Source: Flavobacteriales bacterium | GTDB lineage: Bacteria > Bacteroidota > Bacteroidia > Flavobacteriales > BACL11 | NCBI GenBank assembly: GCA_018647945.1 | Contig: JABGSE010000077.1 | Coordinates: 1,751 to 65,750 of the forward strand | Length of the DNA: 64,000 nucleotides | Direction: 5' to 3' | In this document: positions 29,050 through 39,575 of the stretch, one piece after another | Layout: each line of letters begins with the position of its first letter | Position numbering within the stretch: the first letter of the stretch is position 1 | The notes under the pieces: model-generated | What the model was told of the DNA's origin: nothing | Database searches by the model: none | The model's input: the letters and a program-made list of their open reading frames with translations, nothing else | Made by a program: the position numbers and the translations under genes

Positions 29050-30030
29050 ATGAAATTCATAAAAACACTATTATTATTTTTCATTCTTTCTTCATGTTTT
29101 AAGGATGATGTTAAAAAAGTTGAAATTGAGGTTTACCGATTTGATAAAGAACTCTCTTCAGTTGATTCAACGAATATTGACGCAAAAATAGATAAGTGGG
29201 ATACCATATTAAATGGTTTTCATCACTTTTATTATTCATCTTTTTTAGATCTTAAGTACGAAAATTCAGATTCTTTAAAAAGTTTAATTCTTCAAGGTAT
29301 ATATCATGAAGAATTAAATTTAATTACTAAAGAAATATCGAATAAATTTCCAGATTTCACCAAAATAAATACTGAAATTGAATCTGCATTTGGATTGGTT
29401 CAATTTTATTTTCCAAATTTTATTGTTCCAAAAAATATTGTAATTATTAATGGAGAAAGAACATACGCAATGATGTTTAAAGGGGATACGGTTGTCTTAT
29501 CCTTAGACATGTATCTTGGTGACTCTAATATAGTGTATGATTCTGCTCCTCTTTATATAAGAAAGATGTTTCAAGAAAAGTATATAATTCCAGATATTTT
29601 GGAGAATTGGTGTAATGTGCAATTTGAAACAAATCCGCAATCTAATTTCTTAGATAAATTAATTTATAAAGGAAAAATCATGTATTTGATGTCTCAATTT
29701 CTACCTCACAAAAATATTGAAACTATTTTAAGATTTTCAAAATCGGAATTTGAAGAATGTGAGGAAAGTGAATCTGTAATTTGGGATGGCATTATTTCGC
29801 TTGATTTATTGTATTCAAATTATGAAAGAGAATACCATTCTTTCTTTAATATTGATGTGTGTACTCGTCCAATATCTCCTGATTCTCCTTCAAGATTAGG
29901 ATATTATACTGGATATAAAATTATTCAAAATTATATGCAAAACACTGATGTATCTTTGCTCGAATTAATGCAAAATACAAATTCACAACAGATATTATTA
30001 AATTCAAAATACAATCCAAAACATGACTAA
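29050..30030 (+). CDS. gldB: Gliding motility lipoprotein GldB (divergent)
   Basis: Lipobox LSSC, IEVYRFDK, LSLDMYLG, LIYKGKIMY, SPSRLGYYTGYKIIQNYM, SKYNP; upstream of gldC. Confidence 0.85.
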   Translation: MKFIKTLLLFFILSSCFKDDVKKVEIEVYRFDKELSSVDSTNIDAKIDKWDTILNGFHHFYYSSFLDLKYENSDSLKSLILQGIYHEELNLITKEISNKFPDFTKINTEIESAFGLVQFYFPNFIVPKNIVIINGERTYAMMFKGDTVVLSLDMYLGDSNIVYDSAPLYIRKMFQEKYIIPDILENWCNVQFETNPQSNFLDKLIYKGKIMYLMSQFLPHKNIETILRFSKSEFEECEESESVIWDGIISLDLLYSNYEREYHSFFNIDVCTRPISPDSPSRLGYYTGYKIIQNYMQNTDVSLLELMQNTNSQQILLNSKYNPKHD

Positions 30031-30355
30031 ATCAACTTTAACATTCGATTTGGAACTAGACGAAAATAATGTTCCCACAAAAATAGTAATGAATTCTTCC
30101 GATAAACAAGCGGAAAATATTAATCTGAAATCAGTAATGATTGCCGGTTGGGATGAGAAAACAAAAGAAACTTTAAGGGTGGATTTGTGGACAAAGGACA
30201 TGATGGTAGACGAAATGTTTATTATGTATCATCAAACACTTATGTCAATGGCTAATACTTTAGAAAAGTCAACAGGACACGATAAATTGGCGGGAGCTTT
30301 AAAAGATTATTGTGAGTTTTTTGCCGAACAAACAAAAATTATCGACTCAAAGTAG
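30023..30355 (+). CDS. gldC: Gliding motility protein GldC
   Basis: ELDENNVP, WDEKTKETLRVDLWTKDMMVDEM..HQTL. Confidence 0.92.
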   Translation: MTKSTLTFDLELDENNVPTKIVMNSSDKQAENINLKSVMIAGWDEKTKETLRVDLWTKDMMVDEMFIMYHQTLMSMANTLEKSTGHDKLAGALKDYCEFFAEQTKIIDSK

Positions 30356-30953
30356 GGTCAAAAGATTGATTGTATTTTTCAATAAATTGTAAAATTTCTT
30401 TAGTTCCTTTTCCTTTTTCAGAAGAAGTGATGAATATTTCAGGAAGGTCTTCCCATTGTTTTAACATTTCATTTTTGTAATGTTCTACATTTTTGCTAAT
30501 TTCAGTTTGAGAAATTTTATCTGATTTAGTGAAAACCATTACAAAAGGTGTTCCTTCTTCTCCCATTTTCCTCATAAATTCCAAATCAATTGGCTGGGGT
30601 GTATGTCGGATATCTAACAGCACAAACAGACATATCAGATTTTCTCTATTCATAAGGTATTTATTAATCATACCTTTAAACATCTCTCTATTTGTTTTGG
30701 ATGTGGAAGCATATCCGTATCCTGGTAAATCTACCAAAAACCAATTGTTATTTATTTTGAAATGATTTATCAGTTGAGTTTTTCCGGGTTTTCCTGAAGT
30801 TTTCGCCAGATTTTTTCTGTCGACCAAAGCATTTATCAAGGATGATTTTCCAACATTTGATCTTCCGATAAATGCATATTCAGCCAGTGCTTCTTTTGGG
30901 CATAATTTGTAGTCAGTATTGCTAATTACAAATTCTGCACTTTTTATTTTCAT
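30339..30953 (-). CDS. engB: Ribosome biogenesis GTPase YihA/EngB
   Basis: GRSNVGKSSLIN, PGKTQLINHF, DLPGYGYA, TKSDK. Confidence 0.97.
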   Translation of the reverse strand: MKIKSAEFVISNTDYKLCPKEALAEYAFIGRSNVGKSSLINALVDRKNLAKTSGKPGKTQLINHFKINNNWFLVDLPGYGYASTSKTNREMFKGMINKYLMNRENLICLFVLLDIRHTPQPIDLEFMRKMGEEGTPFVMVFTKSDKISQTEISKNVEHYKNEMLKQWEDLPEIFITSSEKGKGTKEILQFIEKYNQSFDPTLSR

Positions 30954-31705
30954 TTACTGATGTTTCTTTCTGCCCAATCAATTACAATATTACTTGTTGT
31001 TTCTGGGTGTTCCCACATTGGAGAATGTCCACATTTGTCAATCCAATGTAATTCCGAGTTTGGTAATGCTTCTTTAAATGCTTCACCTACTTCTGGTGGG
31101 GTTACTTTGTCGTTTCTTCCCCAAACCATACAAAATGGAGTTTTAAAGTTTGGTAAATCTTTTGACATATTATGTCTGATTGCAGATTTTGCAAAAGCCA
31201 ATAATCGAATAGCGGATTCTCTTTTGTTTGCAATGGCAAATACTTTATCTACAAGTTCTTTTGTGGCAGTTTTAGGATCGTAAAAAACTTCTTCTGTTTT
31301 CACTTTTATGTAATCGTAATCACCTCTTCTAGGAAAAGATGCTCCCATTGAATTTTCGTATAATCCAGAGCTTCCCATCAATACTACTCCATCAACCATT
31401 TCAGGATACATTTTTGAAAACACCAAAGATACATGTCCTCCTAAGGAATTTCCTACAAGTATAGCTCTTTTGATTCCTTTAATAGTCATGAATTCATGAA
31501 TATATTTACTAAGGTGTTTAATTGTACATTTTAATAAAGGAGTTTCAAAAAGTTGTAAATCTGGAGCGTAAACTTTGTGTTTTTTAGCTACAATATCTAC
31601 CATCTCTCCAAAATTATCTACACCTCCCATTAATCCGTGTAACATGATAACAGGACTCCCTTCACCTTCTTCCAAATATTTAAATTTACCTTCTTCTTTT
31701 AGCAT
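30950..31705 (-). CDS. Alpha/beta hydrolase
   Basis: HGLMG, GNSLGG nucleophile elbow, D..TP, CGH. Confidence 0.92.
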   Translation of the reverse strand: MLKEEGKFKYLEEGEGSPVIMLHGLMGGVDNFGEMVDIVAKKHKVYAPDLQLFETPLLKCTIKHLSKYIHEFMTIKGIKRAILVGNSLGGHVSLVFSKMYPEMVDGVVLMGSSGLYENSMGASFPRRGDYDYIKVKTEEVFYDPKTATKELVDKVFAIANKRESAIRLLAFAKSAIRHNMSKDLPNFKTPFCMVWGRNDKVTPPEVGEAFKEALPNSELHWIDKCGHSPMWEHPETTSNIVIDWAERNISK

Positions 31706-31801
31706 TATATATCTTTTTTCAGAATTGCAAAGTAAACAATTTTATTTGAATATCTATTTTTATTCTTAAACACAATTGATTTAATCTGAAAAAATAATAA
31801 A

Positions 31802-31847
31802 GTGGAAAAAGTTATCAACAAAGTGGTATAATGTGGTAAAATGTGGG
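31802..31847 (+). promoter_or_regulatory. MraZ operator (GTGG direct repeats at 10-bp period)
   Basis: GTGG at 31823, 31833 and 31843, plus one at 31802, just upstream of mraZ. Confidence 0.85.
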
Positions 31848-31888
31848 ACAATTTTGTATATTTACACCCAATTAGAACTGTGAAATAA

Positions 31889-32359
31889 ATGATTAATTTA
31901 ATCGGGACATACGAATGTAAAGCTGACTCCAAAGGAAGAGTTATGTTGCCTGTATCGTTGAAAAAACAGTTAAACTCAATTGTAAATGAAGGATTTGTTG
32001 TTAAAAGATCTGTTTTTAATAATTGTTTGGAATTGTACCCTATGTCCGAATGGAGTAACATGGTTTCTCAGGTAAACAAGTTAAATCGTTTTGTGAAAAA
32101 GAACAATGATTTTATCCGATCGTTTATATCGGGATTAAAAATGTTAGAGCTTGACTCTACAGGAAGAGTTTTAATTCCAAAAGATTTAGTGGTTTTTGCC
32201 GGAATTGAAAAAGAAATTGTCTTGGCTTCATCAGTAAACATGATAGAAATTTGGGATAAAGATCAGTATGAAAAATCGGTGAAAGAGACTTTAACTGATT
32301 TTGGAGCACTTGCAGAAGAGGTTATGGGTAATCAATCTCATTCGGATGACTTACCATAA
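31889..32359 (+). CDS. mraZ: Division/cell-wall cluster repressor MraZ
   Basis: DSKGR and DSTGR repeats, IEIWD. Confidence 0.97.
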   Translation: MINLIGTYECKADSKGRVMLPVSLKKQLNSIVNEGFVVKRSVFNNCLELYPMSEWSNMVSQVNKLNRFVKKNNDFIRSFISGLKMLELDSTGRVLIPKDLVVFAGIEKEIVLASSVNMIEIWDKDQYEKSVKETLTDFGALAEEVMGNQSHSDDLP

Positions 32360-33242
32360 ATCGGTACTATTAAACGAATGTATTGACGGATTAAATATTA
32401 ATCCTAGTGGAATTTATGTAGATGTTACTTTTGGTGGTGGTGGACATTCTTTAGAGATTCTGAAAAAACTTACAACAGGAAAGTTATTTGCTTTCGATAG
32501 AGATTCTGATGTGGAAGTAAATATTCCTAAGGATAAGAATTTTAAATTATTGAAAACAAATTATAAAAATATTAAAAGATTTTTACGGTTAGAAGGTGTG
32601 AAAAAAGTAGATGGAATATTGGCAGATTTAGGAGTTTCTTCTCACCAATTTGATGTTGCGGAAAGAGGTTTTTCATTTCGCTTTGATGCGGAATTAGATA
32701 TGAGAATGAATAAAAATGCTGATTTGGATGCAAAACAAATTCTTAATAATTATTCCAAAGAAGATTTAGCAAATGTGTTATTCAATTATGGGGAGTTAAG
32801 AAACTCTAGAAGAATATCGGACAAAATAATTGAATTGAGAAATGAAATGGAGATTAAAACAACTACTCAATTAATATCGTGTATTTCAGATGCGGTTCCA
32901 GAAAAAAATAGAAATCAGTTTTTGTCACAAGTGTTTCAGGCTTTGAGGATTGAGGTGAATGATGAAATAGATTCCTTAAAACAAATGATGTTGGATGGAG
33001 TAGAAATTCTGAAAAGTGAAGGAAGATTTGTTGTTCTTTCTTATCATTCTTTGGAGGATAGAATTGTAAAAAATATTTTTAAGAAAGGAAATTTATCTGG
33101 AGAAATTGAAAAAGATTTTTATGGAAATGTTCTGAAGGATTTGAAGGAAATAAACAGAAAAGTAGTTGTTGCTTCTGATGAAGAAAAGAAAGGAAACTCC
33201 AGATCCAGATCTGCCAAATTAAGAGTAGCAGAAAAAATATAA
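32346..33242 (+). CDS. rsmH: 16S rRNA m4C1402 methyltransferase
   Basis: YHKSVLL, DVTFGGGGHS, DLGVSSHQ, FQALRIEVN, SYHSLEDR, RSRSAKLR. Confidence 0.98.
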   Translation: MTYHKSVLLNECIDGLNINPSGIYVDVTFGGGGHSLEILKKLTTGKLFAFDRDSDVEVNIPKDKNFKLLKTNYKNIKRFLRLEGVKKVDGILADLGVSSHQFDVAERGFSFRFDAELDMRMNKNADLDAKQILNNYSKEDLANVLFNYGELRNSRRISDKIIELRNEMEIKTTTQLISCISDAVPEKNRNQFLSQVFQALRIEVNDEIDSLKQMMLDGVEILKSEGRFVVLSYHSLEDRIVKNIFKKGNLSGEIEKDFYGNVLKDLKEINRKVVVASDEEKKGNSRSRSAKLRVAEKI

Positions 33243-33548
33243 ATGAAAAAGTCGAACAATATATTTAAAGGAAATTTTTTTGAAAAAGGAGGGATAAGTA
33301 ATCAAGCTCCTTTTATAATATTTGTTGTTTTTCTGATAATTCTTCAAATCGGGATTTCATTCAAAAGTATTGATGTAATAATAGAAACCAATGAGATAAA
33401 CAAAGAAATATTTGATTTGGGGAGACAATCTATTTCCCTTAAAACAAAATTGATGGGATTGTATAAAAGATCGGTTGTTGAACAGAAAGTAAAAGAGTTT
33501 GATTTGGAAACATCTAGGAAATTACCTTTTGTGTTGGAAATAGAATAA
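33243..33548 (+). CDS. ftsL: FtsL-like cell division protein
   Basis: Single TM plus coiled coil, between rsmH and ftsI. Confidence 0.75.
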   Translation: MKKSNNIFKGNFFEKGGISNQAPFIIFVVFLIILQIGISFKSIDVIIETNEINKEIFDLGRQSISLKTKLMGLYKRSVVEQKVKEFDLETSRKLPFVLEIE

Positions 33549-35560
33549 TGGGAAAAAATAAAAAAAATAGAAATTGGCCTTTGGTGTATTTTTACATTTT
33601 CACATTTATCTTATTAATTTTTATCGTTTACAAAATTTCTTACATTCAGTTTGTTGAGGAGAAAATAATTAGCACTCATGAATTGGAGTTAAGAAACTTA
33701 GAGGCGACAAGAGGAAATATATTGTCGGTGGATGGAAGGATACTTTCAATTACAAAATCGGTTTACGATATCAGACTTGATTTAATTACAATTAAATCTA
33801 GTTTATTTGAATCTGAAATTTCTAATCTTTCCAATAAATTAAGTGATTTATTTCAGGATAAATCTTCTTCAGAATATGAAAAATTACTAAGAAGTGAAAG
33901 AGGAAATCGGTATTTTTTACTCAAAAGAAAAGTAAATTATTTTGTTTTACAGGAACTAAAAAGTTTCCCAATATTTAAAAATGGTAGAAACTCTGGGGGT
34001 TTTATGCCAGAAGAATATAAAAACAGAGATTATCCTTTTGGATCATTGGCGAAAATTACTGTTGGAAGATACAAAAATGGAAAAGCTTATAAAGGAATTG
34101 AAAATTCTTTTAATGATTATTTGAAGGGAGAAGATGGAAAAATCATGTCTCAAAGAATTAATAAGGAGGGGAAATGGATACCGAAAAAATCAGAGCAAAA
34201 TATTTTACCAAAACCAGGATACAATGTTGTTTCTACAATAAATATTGAGTTTCAGGATGCTGCTGAAGTTGCACTCAGAAAAAAGTTAGAAGAAACACAT
34301 GCTCTCTGGGGGTGTGCTATTTTAATGGAAGTAAATACTGGAGAAATAAAAGCAATTGCAAATTTGCACAGAGGGGAAGATAGTTTGTATTACGATTCAA
34401 AAAATCATGCAATTGTAAGTCATATTGAGCCAGGTTCTACATTCAAACTTGCTTCTTTAATTTCTCTTTTAGAAGATGGAAATGTAAAATTGACTGATTC
34501 GGTAGATACAGAAAATGGAAAGTATAAATTTTACGATCAAACAATGTATGACTCTAAAAATGGCGGTTACGGAAAAATAACGCTAGCAGATGTATTTGTT
34601 AAATCTTCCAATGTTGGGATTTCCAAATTGATTAATCAAGAATACAAAGACAATAAAAAAGGTTTTATTTCCAACTTGGAAAAAATGTGTTTAACCAAAC
34701 CTTTAGAATTACAACTTCCATTTCAAAATAGTATTCTTTTCAAAGATCCTGAAAATAAAAACGAGTGGTCGGGAACTACTTTACCTTGGATGTCAATTGG
34801 TTACGAATTACAACTTTCTCCCTTGCACATGCTTACTTTTTACAATGCAATTGCAAATAATGGAGAGATGATTTGTCCTAAATTAGTGAGTTCTGTAATG
34901 GATGGGGAGAATATAATTGAGACATTTCCGAAAAAAGTAATTAGTCAGAAAATTTGTTCGGATAAAACGATTCAAAAAATAATACCAATTTTATCGGAGG
35001 TGGTGGATAATGGAACTGCTCAATCAATTAAATCGGATAAGTATTCGATAGCAGGAAAAACAGGAACTTGTGAAATTGAATATTGGGTAAAAAAATCCTA
35101 TTCGGAAAAAAGATACAGAGCTTCATTTGCGGGATTTTTCCCTGCCGAAAATCCAAAATATTCTTGCATTGTGGTGGTTAATGATTTTACTGGTTCTATT
35201 CATTATGGAGGAGCGATTGCAGCTCCTGTTTTCAAGGATATTTCGGACAAGGTATTTGCACTGGATTCTGAAATGGAATACTTTTCTCAAGAAGAAAATA
35301 ATCAATCAAATTTTACGAGAATAGAAGAGAAAGTAAATTCTTCTTTTTCTGAAGAGAATTGTATTTTATCTGCAAATAAGGATTTGCAAAAAGGAGTGAT
35401 GCCAAATTTAAAAGGAATTGAAATTATGGACGCACTATTTCTGTTAGAAAATAGAGGGATTATTGTAGAATTTGAAGGGAATGGAAAAGTGATTTCTCAA
35501 AGCGTGCCGAAAGGAAAAAAAATAAATAAAGGATTAATCGTAGAACTAAAATTAACTTAA
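33548..35560 (+). CDS. ftsI: Class B PBP (FtsI) with PASTA domain
   Basis: RGNI, EPGSTFK, KSSN, GKTGT, C-terminal PASTA (MPNLKG). Confidence 0.93.
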   Translation: MGKNKKNRNWPLVYFYIFTFILLIFIVYKISYIQFVEEKIISTHELELRNLEATRGNILSVDGRILSITKSVYDIRLDLITIKSSLFESEISNLSNKLSDLFQDKSSSEYEKLLRSERGNRYFLLKRKVNYFVLQELKSFPIFKNGRNSGGFMPEEYKNRDYPFGSLAKITVGRYKNGKAYKGIENSFNDYLKGEDGKIMSQRINKEGKWIPKKSEQNILPKPGYNVVSTINIEFQDAAEVALRKKLEETHALWGCAILMEVNTGEIKAIANLHRGEDSLYYDSKNHAIVSHIEPGSTFKLASLISLLEDGNVKLTDSVDTENGKYKFYDQTMYDSKNGGYGKITLADVFVKSSNVGISKLINQEYKDNKKGFISNLEKMCLTKPLELQLPFQNSILFKDPENKNEWSGTTLPWMSIGYELQLSPLHMLTFYNAIANNGEMICPKLVSSVMDGENIIETFPKKVISQKICSDKTIQKIIPILSEVVDNGTAQSIKSDKYSIAGKTGTCEIEYWVKKSYSEKRYRASFAGFFPAENPKYSCIVVVNDFTGSIHYGGAIAAPVFKDISDKVFALDSEMEYFSQEENNQSNFTRIEEKVNSSFSEENCILSANKDLQKGVMPNLKGIEIMDALFLLENRGIIVEFEGNGKVISQSVPKGKKINKGLIVELKLT

Positions 35561-37023
35561 TGTTTCTGAAAGATTTATTATATAAAACATCTTTGAATTC
35601 TGTAGTGGGAAACATCAATTCAGTTTCAGTTTCTGAAGTACAATTTGATTCCAGAAAGGTAAATAAAGGAGATTTGTTTGTAGCAATAAATGGAGTTTCG
35701 GTTGATGGACATCTTTTTATTGATACCGCAATTAAGAAAGGGGCAAAAAGTATTGTTTTGGAAACCATTCCTAAAAATTTGGTAGAGGGAATTTGTTATG
35801 TAGAAGTTGAAAATTCTTCACAGGCTTTGTCGGTTATTGCATCAAATTATTACAATAATCCTTCAGAAAAAATAAAGTTAATTGGTGTGACTGGAACAAA
35901 TGGGAAAACTACAATTGTAAGTTTATTGTTTCAATTGTTTGTAAATTTAGGATATCAATCGGGAATGCTTTCTACCATTCATAATAAAATTGGAAATAAA
36001 ATTATTGAAAGTAGTCATACAACTGGGGATTCCCTTCAAATAAACTCTCTTCTTTCAACAATGGTGGAAGATGGTTGCGACTATTGTTTTATGGAAGTTA
36101 GTTCTCATGCAATTCATCAAAATAGAGTTTCAAACCTACATTTTGATGGAGGCATTTTTACCAATATTTCACACGATCATTTGGATTACCACAAAGATTT
36201 TAAAGAGTATATAAATACCAAGAAAATATTTTTTGATAATTTGGATTCTTCAGCATTTGCACTTACAAATAAGGATGATAAAAATGGAAGAATTATGATT
36301 TCTAATACCAAAGCGATAAAACTAACTTATAGTTTGAAATCAATGGCGGATTACAAATGTAAATTGATAGAAAATAGATTAGATGGAATGCATCTGAATA
36401 TTCAGAATTATGAGCTTTGGGTTAGGTTGATAGGAGAGTTTAATGCTTATAATTTATTGTCGGTTTATGCGGTAGCTATACAATTAGGATTAAATAATGA
36501 AGAAGTATTAGAACAAATTAGTAATCTTCATTCTGTAGAGGGCAGATTTCAAACAATAAGAACTATAGAAAATATTACTGCAGTTGTGGATTATGCACAC
36601 ACTCCAGACGCTTTGGAAAATGTATTGAAAACTATTAATTCAATCAGAAATAATAACGAAAATGTAATAACTGTAGTGGGTTGTGGAGGAGATAGAGATA
36701 AAACAAAACGACCAAAAATGGCTGCTATTGCATGTAATAATAGTTCTCAAGTTATCATTACTTCCGACAATCCCAGAACCGAAAATACGGAAGATATAAT
36801 TGAAGACATGATAAAGGGTTTAGATCCTGTTCAGAAGAAAAAAACTCTTGTAATATCAGACAGAGAGCAAGCGATTAAAACAGCTTGCACACTTTCCAAA
36901 GAGGGAGATATTATTTTGGTGGCCGGAAAAGGACATGAAAAATACCAAGAAATTAATGGAGAGAAATTTCCATTTGAAGATATGCAACATTTAAAAGAAT
37001 CTTTAAACTTAAAAACAAACTAA
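35560..37023 (+). CDS. murE: UDP-MurNAc-Ala-Glu:meso-DAP ligase
   Basis: [30 protein letters not shown] (mDAP type), AGKGHE. Confidence 0.97.
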   Translation: MFLKDLLYKTSLNSVVGNINSVSVSEVQFDSRKVNKGDLFVAINGVSVDGHLFIDTAIKKGAKSIVLETIPKNLVEGICYVEVENSSQALSVIASNYYNNPSEKIKLIGVTGTNGKTTIVSLLFQLFVNLGYQSGMLSTIHNKIGNKIIESSHTTGDSLQINSLLSTMVEDGCDYCFMEVSSHAIHQNRVSNLHFDGGIFTNISHDHLDYHKDFKEYINTKKIFFDNLDSSAFALTNKDDKNGRIMISNTKAIKLTYSLKSMADYKCKLIENRLDGMHLNIQNYELWVRLIGEFNAYNLLSVYAVAIQLGLNNEEVLEQISNLHSVEGRFQTIRTIENITAVVDYAHTPDALENVLKTINSIRNNNENVITVVGCGGDRDKTKRPKMAAIACNNSSQVIITSDNPRTENTEDIIEDMIKGLDPVQKKKTLVISDREQAIKTACTLSKEGDIILVAGKGHEKYQEINGEKFPFEDMQHLKESLNLKTN

Positions 37024-38255
37024 TGTTATATTATTTATTTGATTATTTAAACGAAACATTCAATTTGCCAGGAGCAGGAGTTTTTCAATACATCTCGTTC
37101 CGAGCGGCTATGGCACTTATTGCATCCCTTTTAGTTTCTATGGTTTTTGGGGGTAAAATTATTAATCTTATCCGGAAACATCAGATTGGAGAGGAAGTAA
37201 GAATGTTAGGATTGGAAGGAGAGGAAAGTAAGAAAGGAACTCCAACAATGGGAGGATTAATTATCTTATCTGCAATATTAATTCCGACTTTACTTTTTGC
37301 TCAATTAGACAATATTTATATTATCACACTTTTGGTTTCTACGGTATGGTTGGGTCTTATTGGTTTTTTGGATGATTATATTAAAGTTTATAAAAAAGAC
37401 AAGGAAGGGTTAGCGGGTAGGTTTAAAATTCTTGGGCAGGTTGGAATTGGTATTATTGTTGGTCTTGTTATGGTTTTTCATCCTGATATTACCATAAAAG
37501 AGAAGATTAGATTTTCCAATAATCAAACAGTGGAATCTTTAGCTTTGGATAATAATTTTACTGAAGTAGCAGAAAAATCATCTAAAACAACTATTCCTTT
37601 TCTGAAAAATAATGAATTTGATTACCACGATTTAACTTCTTGGATTTCAGATTCTGCTGCAAAGTATTGGTGGTTACTTTTTATAGTAATTGTAGTATTT
37701 GTAATTGCAGCCGTATCAAACGGAGCAAATCTGACGGACGGTTTGGATGGGTTAGCCACAGGAACTTCCGCTATTATTGGAGGGACACTTGCAATATTTG
37801 CATATGTATCGGGTAATATTATTGCAGCAGATTATTTAGATTTAATGTACATCCCAAACTCTGGTGAGATTGTGATTTTTATGTCGGCTTTTGTTGGGGC
37901 TTGTGTCGGATTTTTGTGGTACAACTCTTATCCAGCACAAGTATTTATGGGAGATACAGGAAGCTTATCACTTGGAGGAATTATAGCTGTTGTAGCAATT
38001 CTTATCCGTAAGGAATTATTGATACCAATTTTATGTGGAGTGTTTTTAATTGAAAACCTATCTGTTGTATTACAAGTAGGTTGGTTCAAATATACAAAGC
38101 AAAAATATGGTGAAGGAAGACGAATTTTCAAGATGTCACCATTACACCATCATTATCAAAAATTAGGTTATCACGAAAGTAAAATTGTTACCCGATTTTG
38201 GATTGTTGGAATCATGTTGGCGGTACTTACAGCGGTAACTTTAAAATTGAGATAA
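37023..38255 (+). CDS. mraY: Phospho-MurNAc-pentapeptide transferase
   Basis: [36 protein letters not shown]. Confidence 0.98.
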   Translation: MLYYLFDYLNETFNLPGAGVFQYISFRAAMALIASLLVSMVFGGKIINLIRKHQIGEEVRMLGLEGEESKKGTPTMGGLIILSAILIPTLLFAQLDNIYIITLLVSTVWLGLIGFLDDYIKVYKKDKEGLAGRFKILGQVGIGIIVGLVMVFHPDITIKEKIRFSNNQTVESLALDNNFTEVAEKSSKTTIPFLKNNEFDYHDLTSWISDSAAKYWWLLFIVIVVFVIAAVSNGANLTDGLDGLATGTSAIIGGTLAIFAYVSGNIIAADYLDLMYIPNSGEIVIFMSAFVGACVGFLWYNSYPAQVFMGDTGSLSLGGIIAVVAILIRKELLIPILCGVFLIENLSVVLQVGWFKYTKQKYGEGRRIFKMSPLHHHYQKLGYHESKIVTRFWIVGIMLAVLTAVTLKLR

Positions 38256-39571
38256 TGAAAAAGTTGGTAGTATTAGGTGGAGGTAAAAGCGGAATTGGAG
38301 CGGCTCTACTAGCTAAAAAAAATGACTGGAATGTTTTTGTTTCCGATAAAGGAATAATTACAGATAAAGAAGTTCTTACAAATAATGATATAAAATGGGA
38401 GGAAGGAAGTCATTCTGAAAATGAAATACTTTCTGCAGATGAAATTGTAAAAAGCCCTGGAATCCCGGATGGAATAAAGATTATTCAGCTTGCGAAAGAA
38501 AATCGAATTCCAGTAATTTCAGAAGTGGAATTTGCATACCGATACACCAATGCAAAAATAGTGGCAATATCAGGAAGTAATGGGAAAACCACCACCACAT
38601 TATTGGTTGGCCATATCCTGAAAAATGCAGGATATGATGTATTGGTTACTGGGAATATTGGAACAGGATTTGCAAGATCAATTTTAGAGAGGGATTACGA
38701 TTATATAGTATTGGAACTAAGTAGTTTTCAGTTGGATGGAATTGTAGATTTTAAGGCAGATGTTGCAATAATATTAAACATAACTCCTGATCATTTGGAC
38801 AGATACAATAATGATTTTCAGTTGTATGTAAAATCAAAATTGAAGATTACAAATAAGCAAGAAAAAAAGGATTTTTTAATCTACAATATTGATGATGAAA
38901 ACATTAAGAATCATATAGAAACAAGCGGAAGAAAAATACCATTTAGCATAAAAGAAACAATAAAAAATGATGGAGCTTTTTATAAAAATAAACAAATAAA
39001 TATTAACCTAAATAATAACAAAATGACAATACAAGAATTAGCGCTACAAGGAAAACACAATGTATACAACTCAATGGCGGCTGCGGTTGCATGCAGAGTT
39101 TTGGAAGTAAAAGATTATATTATCCGACAAAGTCTTTTGGATTTCCAGAATATAGAACACAGATTAGAATATGTGTTAACCGTACATGGAATTGATTTTA
39201 TTAACGATTCAAAAGCAACTAATATCAATTCGGTTTGGTATGCACTTGAAAGTATGCACAAGCAAACAGTTTGGATAGTAGGAGGAGTTGATAAAGGAAA
39301 TAATTATGATGAGCTTTTGGAATTAGTAAAAGATAAGGTAAAAGCAATTGTTTGCATTGGTGAGGATACGCAAAGTATACACGAAACTTTTGGTAATGAT
39401 ATTAAAGATATTGTAGATGCAAAATCAATGAGTGAGGCCGTAAGTTTGTCTTTTGAGTTTGCTACAAAAGGAGAGAATGTTTTACTGTCACCAGCTTGTG
39501 CTAGTTTTGATATGTTTCAAAATTTTGAACATAGAGGAATTGAATTTAAAAACTCTGTAAGAAAGTTATAA
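38255..39571 (+). CDS. murD: UDP-MurNAc-Ala:D-Glu ligase
   Basis: GSNGKTTT, ELSSFQL, DHLDRY, NDSKATN, LSPACASFD. Confidence 0.97.
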   Translation: MKKLVVLGGGKSGIGAALLAKKNDWNVFVSDKGIITDKEVLTNNDIKWEEGSHSENEILSADEIVKSPGIPDGIKIIQLAKENRIPVISEVEFAYRYTNAKIVAISGSNGKTTTTLLVGHILKNAGYDVLVTGNIGTGFARSILERDYDYIVLELSSFQLDGIVDFKADVAIILNITPDHLDRYNNDFQLYVKSKLKITNKQEKKDFLIYNIDDENIKNHIETSGRKIPFSIKETIKNDGAFYKNKQININLNNNKMTIQELALQGKHNVYNSMAAAVACRVLEVKDYIIRQSLLDFQNIEHRLEYVLTVHGIDFINDSKATNINSVWYALESMHKQTVWIVGGVDKGNNYDELLELVKDKVKAIVCIGEDTQSIHETFGNDIKDIVDAKSMSEAVSLSFEFATKGENVLLSPACASFDMFQNFEHRGIEFKNSVRKL

Positions 39572-39575
39572 TTGA

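Noticed and set aside
31802-31847. GTGG 10-bp periodic repeats as a novel repeat, iteron or mini-CRISPR
   Set aside because: Explained by the known MraZ operator architecture
31705-32061. - strand 118-aa ORF over the mraZ promoter
   Set aside because: Overlaps mraZ antisense and its operator; no coding signature
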